Notes under the pieces: model-generated | What the model saw: only the letters and a program-made list of their open reading frames with translations | What the model was told of the DNA's origin: nothing | Database searches by the model: none | Sequence record: SRR16203515_3127 | Strand: one strand, 5' to 3' | Length of the DNA: 34,839 nt | Shown here: positions 9,633-19,041 of the stretch, piece by piece | How positions within the stretch are numbered: the stretch's first letter is position 1 | Layout of the letters: the number at the start of each line of letters is the position of its first letter | Program-made: the position numbers and the translations under genes

Positions 9633-10091
9633 ATGCATTCGCTAATAATTACAGCAGTTTCAATAGCATTAATGGCATCTGTTTTATATTACAATATAAA
9701 CTATGTTAATAGTGATAGATATGACCAAATGGTTTTTGAAAGTGTTTTAACAACTGATTTTTACAATTATGAAACATCTATAAACTCATATAAGAAAACA
9801 TTTAATGTTTATCCTGATAATTTAGATTGGGAAAATGAACTTAAAAAAACAAAATTGTTGTTGCCACAGAATAGTGATAATAAATATTTATATGAATACA
9901 ATAAAACAAATAGAACTGTTGCCATTTGTTTCAAAGATATCATTCAAAAAAGTGATTATGAATATATAGAATCTTTTCATTCAAAAGGATTGACAGTGCT
10001 TGCAAATGATTGCTTTAAAGCTGTTGATGAAGTTATAGACACAACACCAAATAGTTTTACAGTTGCTTTAACTATTTGGATAAAAGATTAA
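9633..10091 (+). CDS. minor pilin-like protein
   Basis: N-terminus MHSLIITAVSIALMASVLYY parallels the major pilin MFSLVISIIAIAL...IYY. Also INSYKKTFNVYP helix end and a Cys pair. Confidence 0.6.
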   Translation: MHSLIITAVSIALMASVLYYNINYVNSDRYDQMVFESVLTTDFYNYETSINSYKKTFNVYPDNLDWENELKKTKLLLPQNSDNKYLYEYNKTNRTVAICFKDIIQKSDYEYIESFHSKGLTVLANDCFKAVDEVIDTTPNSFTVALTIWIKD

Positions 10092-10101
10092 GGAAAATTG
10101 A

Positions 10102-11790
10102 ATGATTGCAATTATTATAATGATTATGTTATTTTTAGGATTTGCTATTATAGTATCTTATAATATCATGTCAGTAAATCATAACATATCAGTTTCAAGT
10201 CAAATAGATGCCATTGATAATGAATTAAAAACAGTAAAAACAAAACTTATACAATCTGCAAAGCCTATTCTTAGTGCTAATGATTATGCTTTACCATATG
10301 GTGAAGATTTTTCTGCAACAAAAGAACACCGTTTACCAAGTAATTTTGGAATTTCTTTAAAAAATATAAAAGGACATTATTATCAATATTGTCCATATGG
10401 AATTGATGACGGAACAACTACAACTGAAATAGTTACACAGAATGATGGAACTTCTTATGGTGTTTTTAATACTATAATTGATGGAGTTAAATATACAACT
10501 CATTCGCCAACAAGTGCATATGCAAAACCAGTTGGTGCTCCCGATGTTCAAGCTTTTATTATATCAAAATTTGAAAATGTAGATGTTAAATGTGGAGATA
10601 TAGAATACGATGAAGATTCAGCAACTTATTTTTTAAGAACTGCAAAAGTTTCATATATTACAAAAGACGAAATTTCGAATTATTATCAACTTCAAGATTT
10701 ATCAGGTGTTGTTGAAGAATATAACCTTGATTCTTCTAATATTGATGATATATTTTCTGTTATTGGAAATGATTCTTCAAATAAATCATATGAACTTTCA
10801 TTAGATGAAGATGTTTCATTATCCTCTCAAATAAATATAGAGAGAGATAAAACAAAAACAACAGATCTGACTATTAATTTAAAAGGTTCAGAGTTAAAAG
10901 GTCAAAATTTAATTTTAAAAAATGTAAATGCTTTAATTAAAGGAAACAATGGAACAACAACAAGTTTAGATTTAACTGGTCTTTCATTAATAGACTCTGA
11001 TTTATATTTAGATAATGCAAGTATTGGAGGAATAAGTTCTCTTAATTCTAATATTACCTTTGATAATTCAAGTTTATATTCAAGTGCAGATAATTTAAAT
11101 ACTTTTAAATTAATTAACTCGGATGTTAATTTTAGAAATCAGAATCATATTAAAATGAATTTCCCAAGTGCTGAAAATTCTTTTATAGATCTTTATAACT
11201 CTAATTTTTCAATTGTTAATAATGGTTCTCTTGAACTTTTTAAAAATTCAAATAATGCTATAAATCATGTTTTTAATTTGGCTAAATCAAATGTTTATAT
11301 TGATGGTGTGTTAAATGAATCTACAAGTAGTAAATCAAGAGCAGGTACAAATGTTATAAATATAGGTTCAGGGAGTTTACTTTATTTAAATGGTGGTGAG
11401 TTAAGACTTGCATCTAAATTTAATTCTGGAAGAGATTATATGCATGTTAAAGGTGATTTAATTACAGAAGGTGATAATAATATTATTAATGCCAGTAATC
11501 AATATGTATTACATGATTTCATTGTTATAAAAGGTGGTAGCTTATCCTTAGAAAATGTAAAAATTGGTAACAATGGTATTTTAGGCGGTGGTTCAACAAT
11601 TAAAGATGAAGGTGCTGCAACAAATATAAACGGAGCTAAATCTGTTTTTGGGGATGGAACAGCAGATGTATATAGAAGTTCTGATGGTTGTTTTGAAGGT
11701 AACATATTTAAAAATGTAGACGGAACAAACAACAGTAGTGATAGTAAATCGGATAAACATAATAATATGTCGGATTTCGATTGTATTTAA
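10102..11790 (+). CDS. large minor pilin / tip adhesin candidate (PilV-like) with beta-helix-like C-terminal region
   Basis: N-terminal hydrophobic helix, then a pilin-like segment. Repetitive L-x-N-S-x-(I/V/F)-x-F strands follow, with a terminal Cys pair. Confidence 0.55.
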   Translation: MIAIIIMIMLFLGFAIIVSYNIMSVNHNISVSSQIDAIDNELKTVKTKLIQSAKPILSANDYALPYGEDFSATKEHRLPSNFGISLKNIKGHYYQYCPYGIDDGTTTTEIVTQNDGTSYGVFNTIIDGVKYTTHSPTSAYAKPVGAPDVQAFIISKFENVDVKCGDIEYDEDSATYFLRTAKVSYITKDEISNYYQLQDLSGVVEEYNLDSSNIDDIFSVIGNDSSNKSYELSLDEDVSLSSQINIERDKTKTTDLTINLKGSELKGQNLILKNVNALIKGNNGTTTSLDLTGLSLIDSDLYLDNASIGGISSLNSNITFDNSSLYSSADNLNTFKLINSDVNFRNQNHIKMNFPSAENSFIDLYNSNFSIVNNGSLELFKNSNNAINHVFNLAKSNVYIDGVLNESTSSKSRAGTNVINIGSGSLLYLNGGELRLASKFNSGRDYMHVKGDLITEGDNNIINASNQYVLHDFIVIKGGSLSLENVKIGNNGILGGGSTIKDEGAATNINGAKSVFGDGTADVYRSSDGCFEGNIFKNVDGTNNSSDSKSDKHNNMSDFDCI

Positions 11791-11812
11791 ATGATAATAA
11801 TAAGGATAAAAA

Positions 11813-13468
11813 ATGAGTGAAAACTTTGATGTAAAAAATAGTGATGTTCATACATTAAATGAAAAGATTGAATTTGCACTATTAGAACAGAGAATAATTC
11901 CAGAAGAAGCTTTAAAAACAGCAAAAATGGAAAGTGAAATCACTGGAGAAGATCTGACAAAAATACTTGTTAGAAATGGATTTGTATCACAAGATAAAGT
12001 TTTAGATATTATTATAGATTTAGATACAGAAACTTTAATCAATGAAGAAATTATTATACCAACAATAAAACCAGAAATTTTAGAGAAACATAAAACAATT
12101 ATTAATGCAATTACAGATAAAGTTGTTTTCTTTGGTACAAATAATAATAATGGAGAGGATATTGCTTATATGTTAAAGCAAAATTATTTTCCAAAACATA
12201 CAATAAAACAAATCCCTGCAAATCCAGAAAAAATCAGTGATTATTTAGAAAAAATTAAAAGTATTTATGATGATGACGGTTCAATGGTTGAGCGTATTAT
12301 TCGTAAAGCTATAAAAGAAGATGTTTCAGATATTCATATTGTACCTCATTATGATACTTATACTGTATTATTTAGATATTTAGGTGTAAGACACCCTGAT
12401 TACATGGGTACAAAAGATGAGTATCAATCATTAGGTGCTCGTATAAAAGATTTATCGAAAATGGATATGTCAGAAAGACGTAAACCACAGGATGGTGGTT
12501 TTCAAATTGATTATAATGGACGTTTTGTTGATTTACGTGTTGCAACAGTTCCTACAAATGATGGTGAAATTATAGTTATACGTATTCTTGATCCTGAAAA
12601 GGCGCAATTAAGTTTAGAAAGTTTAGGTATTTCTGGAATGGATGAATGGAGAATGGGTGCATCTCGTTCTGATGGATTATGTTTAATATGTGGTCCGACT
12701 GGTTCTGGTAAAACAACTACATTAAACTCAACATTAAGAGAACAAGATAGATTTGGTAAAGCAATTTTTACAATAGAAGATCCAGTAGAATATAGAATTC
12801 CATACATTGGACAAGTAAATATAAATACTAATGTAGGCTTAGATTTTGCTCGTGCTATCAAGGCATTTATGAGAAGCGATCCTGATGTTATAGTCGTGGG
12901 TGAAGTGAGGGACGACGAAACAGCGAGAAATGCAATAAAAGCTGCTGAAACTGGACACCTTGTTTTTGCTACATTACATACAGGTTCAATTCCAGGAGCT
13001 GTATCTCGACTAAGAGATTTAGGCGTTGAAGGTCACGAGTTAAAATATGTTTTAAGAGCTGTTTTAGCACAAAGACTTATGCGTGTTGTTTGTAAAGGTT
13101 GTAATGGTACTGGTGTTAAATCTATTGATGATGATGGAAGATTTGATTATTTAAGTGAAGATGAAAATGAATTTTGTCCTACTTGTCAAGGTAAAGGATA
13201 TAGTGGACGTACAATTGTATCAGAAGTTAAATATTTTTCAGAAATGCAAGAAGTTCTTGGTATTATGTCAAGTAGTGAAAAAGATGCTGAAATTACTTGG
13301 ACTACAATGTTAGAAGATGGATACAATAAATTTATAAAAGGTGTCACATCACCTGGCGAATTTATTCGTTTATTTGGTCCAGAAGCTGAAAGAATGTTAA
13401 TCGCTGATGGTTATGATATTGAGTTGATAAATGATAAAGGTTTCTTTGTTGAGAATAAAGGAGACTAA
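11813..13468 (+). CDS. GspE/PilB/PilQ-family pilus assembly ATPase
   Basis: SDIH, RKPQDG, Walker A GPTGSGKTT, TIEDPVEY, Walker B VIVVGEVRD, His box AETGHLVFATLH, CxxC...CxxC. Confidence 0.95.
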   Translation: MSENFDVKNSDVHTLNEKIEFALLEQRIIPEEALKTAKMESEITGEDLTKILVRNGFVSQDKVLDIIIDLDTETLINEEIIIPTIKPEILEKHKTIINAITDKVVFFGTNNNNGEDIAYMLKQNYFPKHTIKQIPANPEKISDYLEKIKSIYDDDGSMVERIIRKAIKEDVSDIHIVPHYDTYTVLFRYLGVRHPDYMGTKDEYQSLGARIKDLSKMDMSERRKPQDGGFQIDYNGRFVDLRVATVPTNDGEIIVIRILDPEKAQLSLESLGISGMDEWRMGASRSDGLCLICGPTGSGKTTTLNSTLREQDRFGKAIFTIEDPVEYRIPYIGQVNINTNVGLDFARAIKAFMRSDPDVIVVGEVRDDETARNAIKAAETGHLVFATLHTGSIPGAVSRLRDLGVEGHELKYVLRAVLAQRLMRVVCKGCNGTGVKSIDDDGRFDYLSEDENEFCPTCQGKGYSGRTIVSEVKYFSEMQEVLGIMSSSEKDAEITWTTMLEDGYNKFIKGVTSPGEFIRLFGPEAERMLIADGYDIELINDKGFFVENKGD

Positions 13469-13470
13469 TT

Positions 13471-14649
13471 ATGTCATCAAATTATAGAGTAACAATAAAA
13501 CATCGAAATGGTAAAATTGAAGTTCTTAATGTTCAAGCTCCAAGTGAAGCGAATGCAAAAAGTATAGCACGAAGAAAAGGTGCTGTTATTACTATTAAAA
13601 AGGGTTCTGGAAAAGGATTTTTTGAAATTCCATTGCTTGCAGAAGAAAGACAGATGTTGTTACATCGTCTTGCTTCTATGTTAGCATCTAAGTTAGGTAC
13701 TTCAGAAGCATTAGATGTTATAAGAACATCTTTTGGTGGTTCAATTAGAAAAATAGCAAACCAAATTCTTACTCATATGGAATCTGGTTCAGATATTGTT
13801 GAAGCTATTGAAAAAATAGGACCTCCTCATTTTCCAACAACAACAATTGCATTAATAAAAGCAGGTTCGAAAGGTGGAGAAACATGGAAAGCATTACGTG
13901 ATGCGGCTGAATTTGAAGTAGAAATGCAGAGAGTTAAAAAAGGCGGTGGACAAGGTGTATGGGGTGGAGTTGCAGGATTTATTATAGCAGCTATTGTTAC
14001 ATTTGTAGCAAAATTTTATGTTGCAGATAAAGTAATGGATACAGACTTCTTTAAAATGGCAGGAGATAGTGTTGATTTAAGTTTTATTAATCTCATGTCT
14101 AACCTCGTTGGTTATTCAATGTTAATATTCTTTTCAATCTTTATGTTTTTATTTTTACTTGGTTCTGTTGGTCGATGGGCATTTCCAACACATGCTGATA
14201 ATTTAATTTTAAGAATACCATTTTATAAAGATCTTGTTTTAGCAAGAAGTAACTATATTGTTCTATATGGATTAGCCGTAATGATTAAATCAGGAGTATC
14301 TATGGAACAATCACTTGGACTTGCTGCTACAAATACTCGGAAAGGTTCTTTAAAAGATGATTTAGAAAGAGCAATTGATGCAATTAAAAAAGGTAAGCCT
14401 TGGGCGCAAATGATGCATACTTTCCATGCAACAGATAGAGCTGCACTTTCTGTTTCGGCTGATAAAGAACAAATTGCAAATACATTGGATGCTTTATCAT
14501 ATCAATATAGAGAAGATTATAAAAGGGTTATTGGATCATTCGGACCTTCTATGCAATTATTAGCTGCTCTTTATTTGGTATTAGCATCAGGTATATTATT
14601 TGGATATACAATGTTACCTATGTTACAAGCGGCAGCAAAAGGATTCTAA
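13471..14649 (+). CDS. GspF/PilC/PilR-family inner-membrane platform protein
   Basis: Two T2SSF-like repeats (LASMLASKL..EAL and LAVMIKSGVSMEQSL), LRIPF motif, three TM segments. Follows the ATPase. Confidence 0.88.
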   Translation: MSSNYRVTIKHRNGKIEVLNVQAPSEANAKSIARRKGAVITIKKGSGKGFFEIPLLAEERQMLLHRLASMLASKLGTSEALDVIRTSFGGSIRKIANQILTHMESGSDIVEAIEKIGPPHFPTTTIALIKAGSKGGETWKALRDAAEFEVEMQRVKKGGGQGVWGGVAGFIIAAIVTFVAKFYVADKVMDTDFFKMAGDSVDLSFINLMSNLVGYSMLIFFSIFMFLFLLGSVGRWAFPTHADNLILRIPFYKDLVLARSNYIVLYGLAVMIKSGVSMEQSLGLAATNTRKGSLKDDLERAIDAIKKGKPWAQMMHTFHATDRAALSVSADKEQIANTLDALSYQYREDYKRVIGSFGPSMQLLAALYLVLASGILFGYTMLPMLQAAAKGF

Positions 14650-14655
14650 TTAAAT

Positions 14656-14687
14656 AAAAAAACCTTAGTTATCAACTAAGGTTTTTT
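14656..14687. terminator. bidirectional intrinsic terminator
   Basis: AAAAAACCTTAGTT-ATC-AACTAAGGTTTTTT between convergent genes. Confidence 0.8.
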
Positions 14688-14700
14688 ATTTTAAAATCTA

Positions 14701-14889
14701 TTAAAACAACATTTCACTATCTGCCATTACTTTTAATAAAAAGTCTTTTTCAAGTGAATCATTAGAAAAATCAATATTTGATCTATCTATTATATTATTA
14801 ATTCTGTCTACTTCCCTTTCATTTACTAAAAAATCAATGTTTTCTTGTTCTTTATCTAATATTATAATATCTGTTTCTAAACTCATCAT
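14701..14889 (-). CDS. small acidic hypothetical protein (62 aa from ATG 14889)
   Basis: GAGGTG SD just upstream of ATG ATG. Ends at the terminator. Confidence 0.55.
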   Translation of the reverse strand: MMSLETDIIILDKEQENIDFLVNEREVDRINNIIDRSNIDFSNDSLEKDFLLKVMADSEMLF

Positions 14890-15012
14890 ACACCTCACAA
14901 CTCTCGTTTTATTTTTTTCATTATTTTATTATTTTTAATTCACTTATTATAGAGATTATATTTCTATATTATATTTCATTTTTTTATTTATATAAATAAT
15001 ATAAAAAAATAC

Positions 15013-15040
15013 TTGATTTATTTTTTGATTTAAATATAAT
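15013..15040 (+). promoter_or_regulatory. putative sigma70 promoter of recN
   Basis: TTGATT-16 bp-TATAAT, followed by an AAGGAG SD. Confidence 0.55.
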
Positions 15041-15071
15041 CATAAAATATTTATTTAAGGAGCTTTTTAAT

Positions 15072-16751
15072 ATGTTAAAATCATTAAGTATAAGAGATTT
15101 TGCATTGGTTGAAAAACTTGATTTGGAATTTGAAAAAGGAATGATTTCATTAACAGGTGAAACAGGTGCAGGTAAATCTATATTATTAGGTGCTATTGGT
15201 GTTATAATTGGTGAGAAGTCTAAGAAAACGTCCGTAAGAAATGGTAGCGATAAAGCTATAATTAGTGGCGTTTTTGACGTTAGTTATTTACCAAAAGTAA
15301 AAAAATTATTGGAAATTAAAGATTTAGTAGATGAAGATGAACCAGAACAATGTATAATTCGAAGAGTTATTAGAAAAGATGGTCGTAGTAGTACATTTAT
15401 TAATGAAAATAATTCTAATTTATCAACATTAAAAGAACTTGGTGAAATGTTAATTGAAATACATGGACAACATCAACATCAAAATCTATCAAAAACCAAA
15501 AAACAATTAGATGTTATAGATTCATATAGTAGTTTAAAAGAACAACGATTAATTGTTACAGATCTTTATCGAAAATGGAAAGACAGAGAAAAAGAAACTA
15601 ATCAAATTATAAATAGTTTTAATGACAATAAAGATAAATTTCAACTTTTGATGTATAAGAAAAAAGAATTAGAAGATTTAAATATCCAAAAAGGTGAATA
15701 TCAAAATTTAGAAGAAGAGTCTGCTCATTTATCATCAGCAGAATATGTTATTTCAGCTTGTGAAGAATCCGAATTTATTTTAAAAGATGATAATGGTTGT
15801 TTAGACATGATTAATAAGGTTATTTCAAATATAACATCTTTAAATGATCAAAAAAAGAATAATGAATTAATTGAAATGTTAGAGAGTGCAAAAATTAATA
15901 TTGAAGAAGCTATTCCACAAATATCATCTTATAAAGATTCATTTGAAATAAATCCAGAAAGATTAATTGAGATAAATTCACGTATTAAAGAGTTTGATAA
16001 AGCTTCAGAGAATTTCCTTTGTTTACCAGAAGAATTACATAATGTTCTACCAAGTATTGAGAATGAATTAAACAGTTTAAATTATTCAGAAGATGCAGTA
16101 GCCGAAGCTAAGTTAAAAGAAAAAGAATCTTTTGAAGAATACTTAATGATTGCAAGAGAATTAAGTGAAAAAAGAATAAAATCTTCAATATTATTATCAA
16201 AAGAAATTAACAATGAAACTATAAGATTAAATTTAGCAGAAGATATTCTTAAAATAGATTTTATTAATAATAAAGATTATTATTCACCATATGGTATTGA
16301 TGATGTTAATTTCTTAATTAGACCAAACTTAGGACAAGAATATCAGAAGATTTCCGAAATTGCTTCTGGTGGTGAATTATCACGATTATCATTAGCCGTT
16401 CAAGTTGTTTCCTTTAAAAATGAAAAGAAACCTACTATGATTTTTGATGAAGTCGATACTGGATTGAGTGGTGAAACTGGTAATGTTGTTGGTGATATGT
16501 TGAGACGAGTTGGTGATTTAGGGCAAGTTATGACTGTAACCCATTTACCACAAGTTGCAGCACAAGGGCATTCACATTTCTTTGTTTCAAAAAATAATGT
16601 TGAGAAAGATGATTCCATTATAACATTATCAAATATTAAAGAGTTAGATAAAGATGAAAGGGTTAAAGAAGTCGCACGAATGATTGGTGGTAATGTAAAT
16701 TCAAAAGAGTCATTAGATACTGCTAAAAAAATGTTAAACTTAGATTTTTAA
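15072..16751 (+). CDS. recN: DNA repair protein RecN
   Basis: Walker A TGETGAGKS, EIHGQHQHQ, signature ASGGELSR, Walker B IFDEVDTG, VTHLPQVAA. 559 aa. Confidence 0.96.
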   Translation: MLKSLSIRDFALVEKLDLEFEKGMISLTGETGAGKSILLGAIGVIIGEKSKKTSVRNGSDKAIISGVFDVSYLPKVKKLLEIKDLVDEDEPEQCIIRRVIRKDGRSSTFINENNSNLSTLKELGEMLIEIHGQHQHQNLSKTKKQLDVIDSYSSLKEQRLIVTDLYRKWKDREKETNQIINSFNDNKDKFQLLMYKKKELEDLNIQKGEYQNLEEESAHLSSAEYVISACEESEFILKDDNGCLDMINKVISNITSLNDQKKNNELIEMLESAKINIEEAIPQISSYKDSFEINPERLIEINSRIKEFDKASENFLCLPEELHNVLPSIENELNSLNYSEDAVAEAKLKEKESFEEYLMIARELSEKRIKSSILLSKEINNETIRLNLAEDILKIDFINNKDYYSPYGIDDVNFLIRPNLGQEYQKISEIASGGELSRLSLAVQVVSFKNEKKPTMIFDEVDTGLSGETGNVVGDMLRRVGDLGQVMTVTHLPQVAAQGHSHFFVSKNNVEKDDSIITLSNIKELDKDERVKEVARMIGGNVNSKESLDTAKKMLNLDF

Positions 16752-16782
16752 TTTTGAATTTATAGACGAAAAAAAAGATTGT

Positions 16783-16811
16783 TTGAAAACTTTCTTTTTT
16801 TTTGTTACAAT
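16783..16811 (+). promoter_or_regulatory. putative sigma70 promoter (extended -10)
   Basis: TTGAAA-17 bp-TACAAT with TG at the extended position. Implies the true CDS start is ATG 16839. Confidence 0.55.
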
Positions 16812-16838
16812 AAAATCTATATAATAGTGAGAAATTTT

Positions 16839-17942
16839 ATGAGTAATATATTTAAAACCTTATTTAAAAAATCAAAAGGTTATTTAGATGATAGAAAAAG
16901 GTTAAAAAAGCTTTTATCAAAAGCAACCGATAAAAGTTTAACATTAAAAAATGAAGATAAAAGAAATGAATTTAAAGATGATGTTAGTTCTTCTATAATG
17001 CTTCTTAAAGATTGGAGTAATAATAAGTATACTGAAATTCCTAAGAAAAGTATTCTTTCGATTATTGCTGCAATGTTATATTTCGTAATACCAACTGATT
17101 TAATACCTGATTTTATATTTGGAACAGGTTTTTTAGATGATGCGGCTGTGTTATCATTCTTGTTTGCTTCTATCAAAGGTGATATTGATGATTATAAACT
17201 TTATAAATTAAATGAAAACAATCAAAAAACATATTTAGAAAAAGCATTTATAGGATATGAATCTGTATCATTAGTTTGTAATAACAATGATTTATATTTA
17301 CTTAAATCATTGCTATATTATTTTTCAAAGTTCGAATATACAAAAGACTCTCTTAATGACTATTTAAATAAAAGAGCTAAAGATTTTTATATTAGAGATT
17401 TTTTTGCAATGAAAAGAAAAGAATCCAATATTCATTTACCATTATTTATTCTTTGCTATAGTTTATTTAATACAAAAGATAAAGATGCTTTTAAAATTGA
17501 TATTAATGAAATTGTAGATGTTTTAATGCAAAATGAAGAGAATATCAAAACAAAAGATCTTCTTTTTATTTTTCATTCAATAATTAATAAAATTAATGAC
17601 AAAGAAGAGAATAAAGATAAAATATTTTTTGATCATGACTTTGATAATATATCATTTGATGAAGACCATAATTTAGAATTAGGATCTGGTAGATTTTTTA
17701 AAATGGATGAAAAGGAAATCTTTGATTTAGAGTTAAATGATTTAATGTCTATGTTAAAGCAGATTTGTTATATCATTTATAATTCAAAATCTTATTTAGA
17801 GATTCAGGAAACAATTAAAGATTATAATCAATTACATATTGACGTAAAAATAATAAGTTTATTTTTAGGAAGTATTTATTATGACAATAAAGTTCAAATA
17901 AAAAACACTGATATTTATAATGTTTTAAATATCAAATTATAA
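16839..17942 (+). CDS. YkvA/DUF1232-domain protein fused to a degenerate ADP-ribosylglycohydrolase-like domain
   Basis: DUF1232 motif AAMLYFVIPTDLIPDFIFGTGFLDDAAV. The C-terminal ~230 aa are collinear with the next gene's product (see findings). Confidence 0.75.
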   Translation: MSNIFKTLFKKSKGYLDDRKRLKKLLSKATDKSLTLKNEDKRNEFKDDVSSSIMLLKDWSNNKYTEIPKKSILSIIAAMLYFVIPTDLIPDFIFGTGFLDDAAVLSFLFASIKGDIDDYKLYKLNENNQKTYLEKAFIGYESVSLVCNNNDLYLLKSLLYYFSKFEYTKDSLNDYLNKRAKDFYIRDFFAMKRKESNIHLPLFILCYSLFNTKDKDAFKIDINEIVDVLMQNEENIKTKDLLFIFHSIINKINDKEENKDKIFFDHDFDNISFDEDHNLELGSGRFFKMDEKEIFDLELNDLMSMLKQICYIIYNSKSYLEIQETIKDYNQLHIDVKIISLFLGSIYYDNKVQIKNTDIYNVLNIKL

Positions 17943-17957
17943 GGACATATTAAATTT

Positions 17958-18893
17958 ATGTTATTAGATAAAAACAAAGCTAAAGGAATGTTATATGGCT
18001 TATATTCAGGAGATATTTTAGGTGGTCCATTAGAATTTCAAACATTAGATGGTGTTGATACTATTACTGAATATATTAGTGGAGGCATTCATCAATTAAA
18101 AAAAGGTCAATTTACTGATGATACTTCTATGACATTAGCGTTAATGCATTCCTTAATTGAAAAAGGATTTGATAAGAAAGACCAATTAGATAAATATTTA
18201 AAATGGATGTTAAGTGGTGAGTATTCATCAAAAGGATTTTGTTTTGATATAGGATTATCAACTGTTAATGCATTAAATCATTATAAAATAACAGGTATTG
18301 AAAATGCAGGTAAAACTGATTTATACAGTGCAGGAAATGGATCTTTAATGCGATTAGCTCCAGTTTCTTTATGGGGATATAATCAAGGTGGCTTAAAAAG
18401 CATGGTTGAACATTCAAAAGAAAGTTCAAAAACAACTCATGGTTCATTAACTGTTTTAGATTCATTATCTTATTTTTCTTCTATTATTTTTAAAATATTT
18501 GAAGGAGAAACAGATAAAAATGAATTATTAAAATTTGATATTGATGAATTAGGCATAACAAGTGAAATTGTTATAGAGGATTTAATAAATGGAGACTTTT
18601 TAAATAAAGAAAAATATGATTTAAACCCTACTGGTTTTATTGTTAATTCTTTGATATGTTCTGTATGGGCTTTTTATAATACTGATTCTTTTGAAGATGC
18701 TTTAATAAAAGCTGTTAATATTGGTGGAACAACACAAGCTGATGCTGATACTATTGGAGCAATTACAGGACAAATTGCAGGTGCTTATTATGGATATGAC
18801 AATATACCAAGTCATTTTATAGATAATATGGCAAGCAAGGATATGTTAGATGGGTTTACAGCATCTTTTTTAGAAATATTAAAATTTAAATAA
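17958..18893 (+). CDS. ADP-ribosylglycohydrolase (DraG/ARH family)
   Basis: GDILGGPLEF, FTDDTSM, AGNGSLMRLAP, TTH, DADTIGAITGQIAGAYYG. Confidence 0.94.
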   Translation: MLLDKNKAKGMLYGLYSGDILGGPLEFQTLDGVDTITEYISGGIHQLKKGQFTDDTSMTLALMHSLIEKGFDKKDQLDKYLKWMLSGEYSSKGFCFDIGLSTVNALNHYKITGIENAGKTDLYSAGNGSLMRLAPVSLWGYNQGGLKSMVEHSKESSKTTHGSLTVLDSLSYFSSIIFKIFEGETDKNELLKFDIDELGITSEIVIEDLINGDFLNKEKYDLNPTGFIVNSLICSVWAFYNTDSFEDALIKAVNIGGTTQADADTIGAITGQIAGAYYGYDNIPSHFIDNMASKDMLDGFTASFLEILKFK

Positions 18894-18918
18894 CATTACT
18901 GTCTAAATAATTAAAATT

Positions 18919-18946
18919 AAAAAAGAGATTGATTCTCTTTTTTTTT
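18919..18946 (+). terminator. intrinsic terminator
   Basis: AAAAAAGAGA-TTGAT-TCTCTTTTTTTTT. Confidence 0.6.
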
Positions 18947-18977
18947 ATTTTGTTTTGTTTTCTATGCTCAATTTTTC

Positions 18978-19006
18978 TTGTTTTTTATTTTTATTTGTTG
19001 TATAAT
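18978..19006 (+). promoter_or_regulatory. putative sigma70 promoter of prfB
   Basis: TTGTTT-17 bp-TATAAT. AAGGAG SD at about 19030-19035. Confidence 0.65.
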
Positions 19007-19041
19007 GATTTTGTTCAACTTAATAAAATAAGGAGTGAGTT

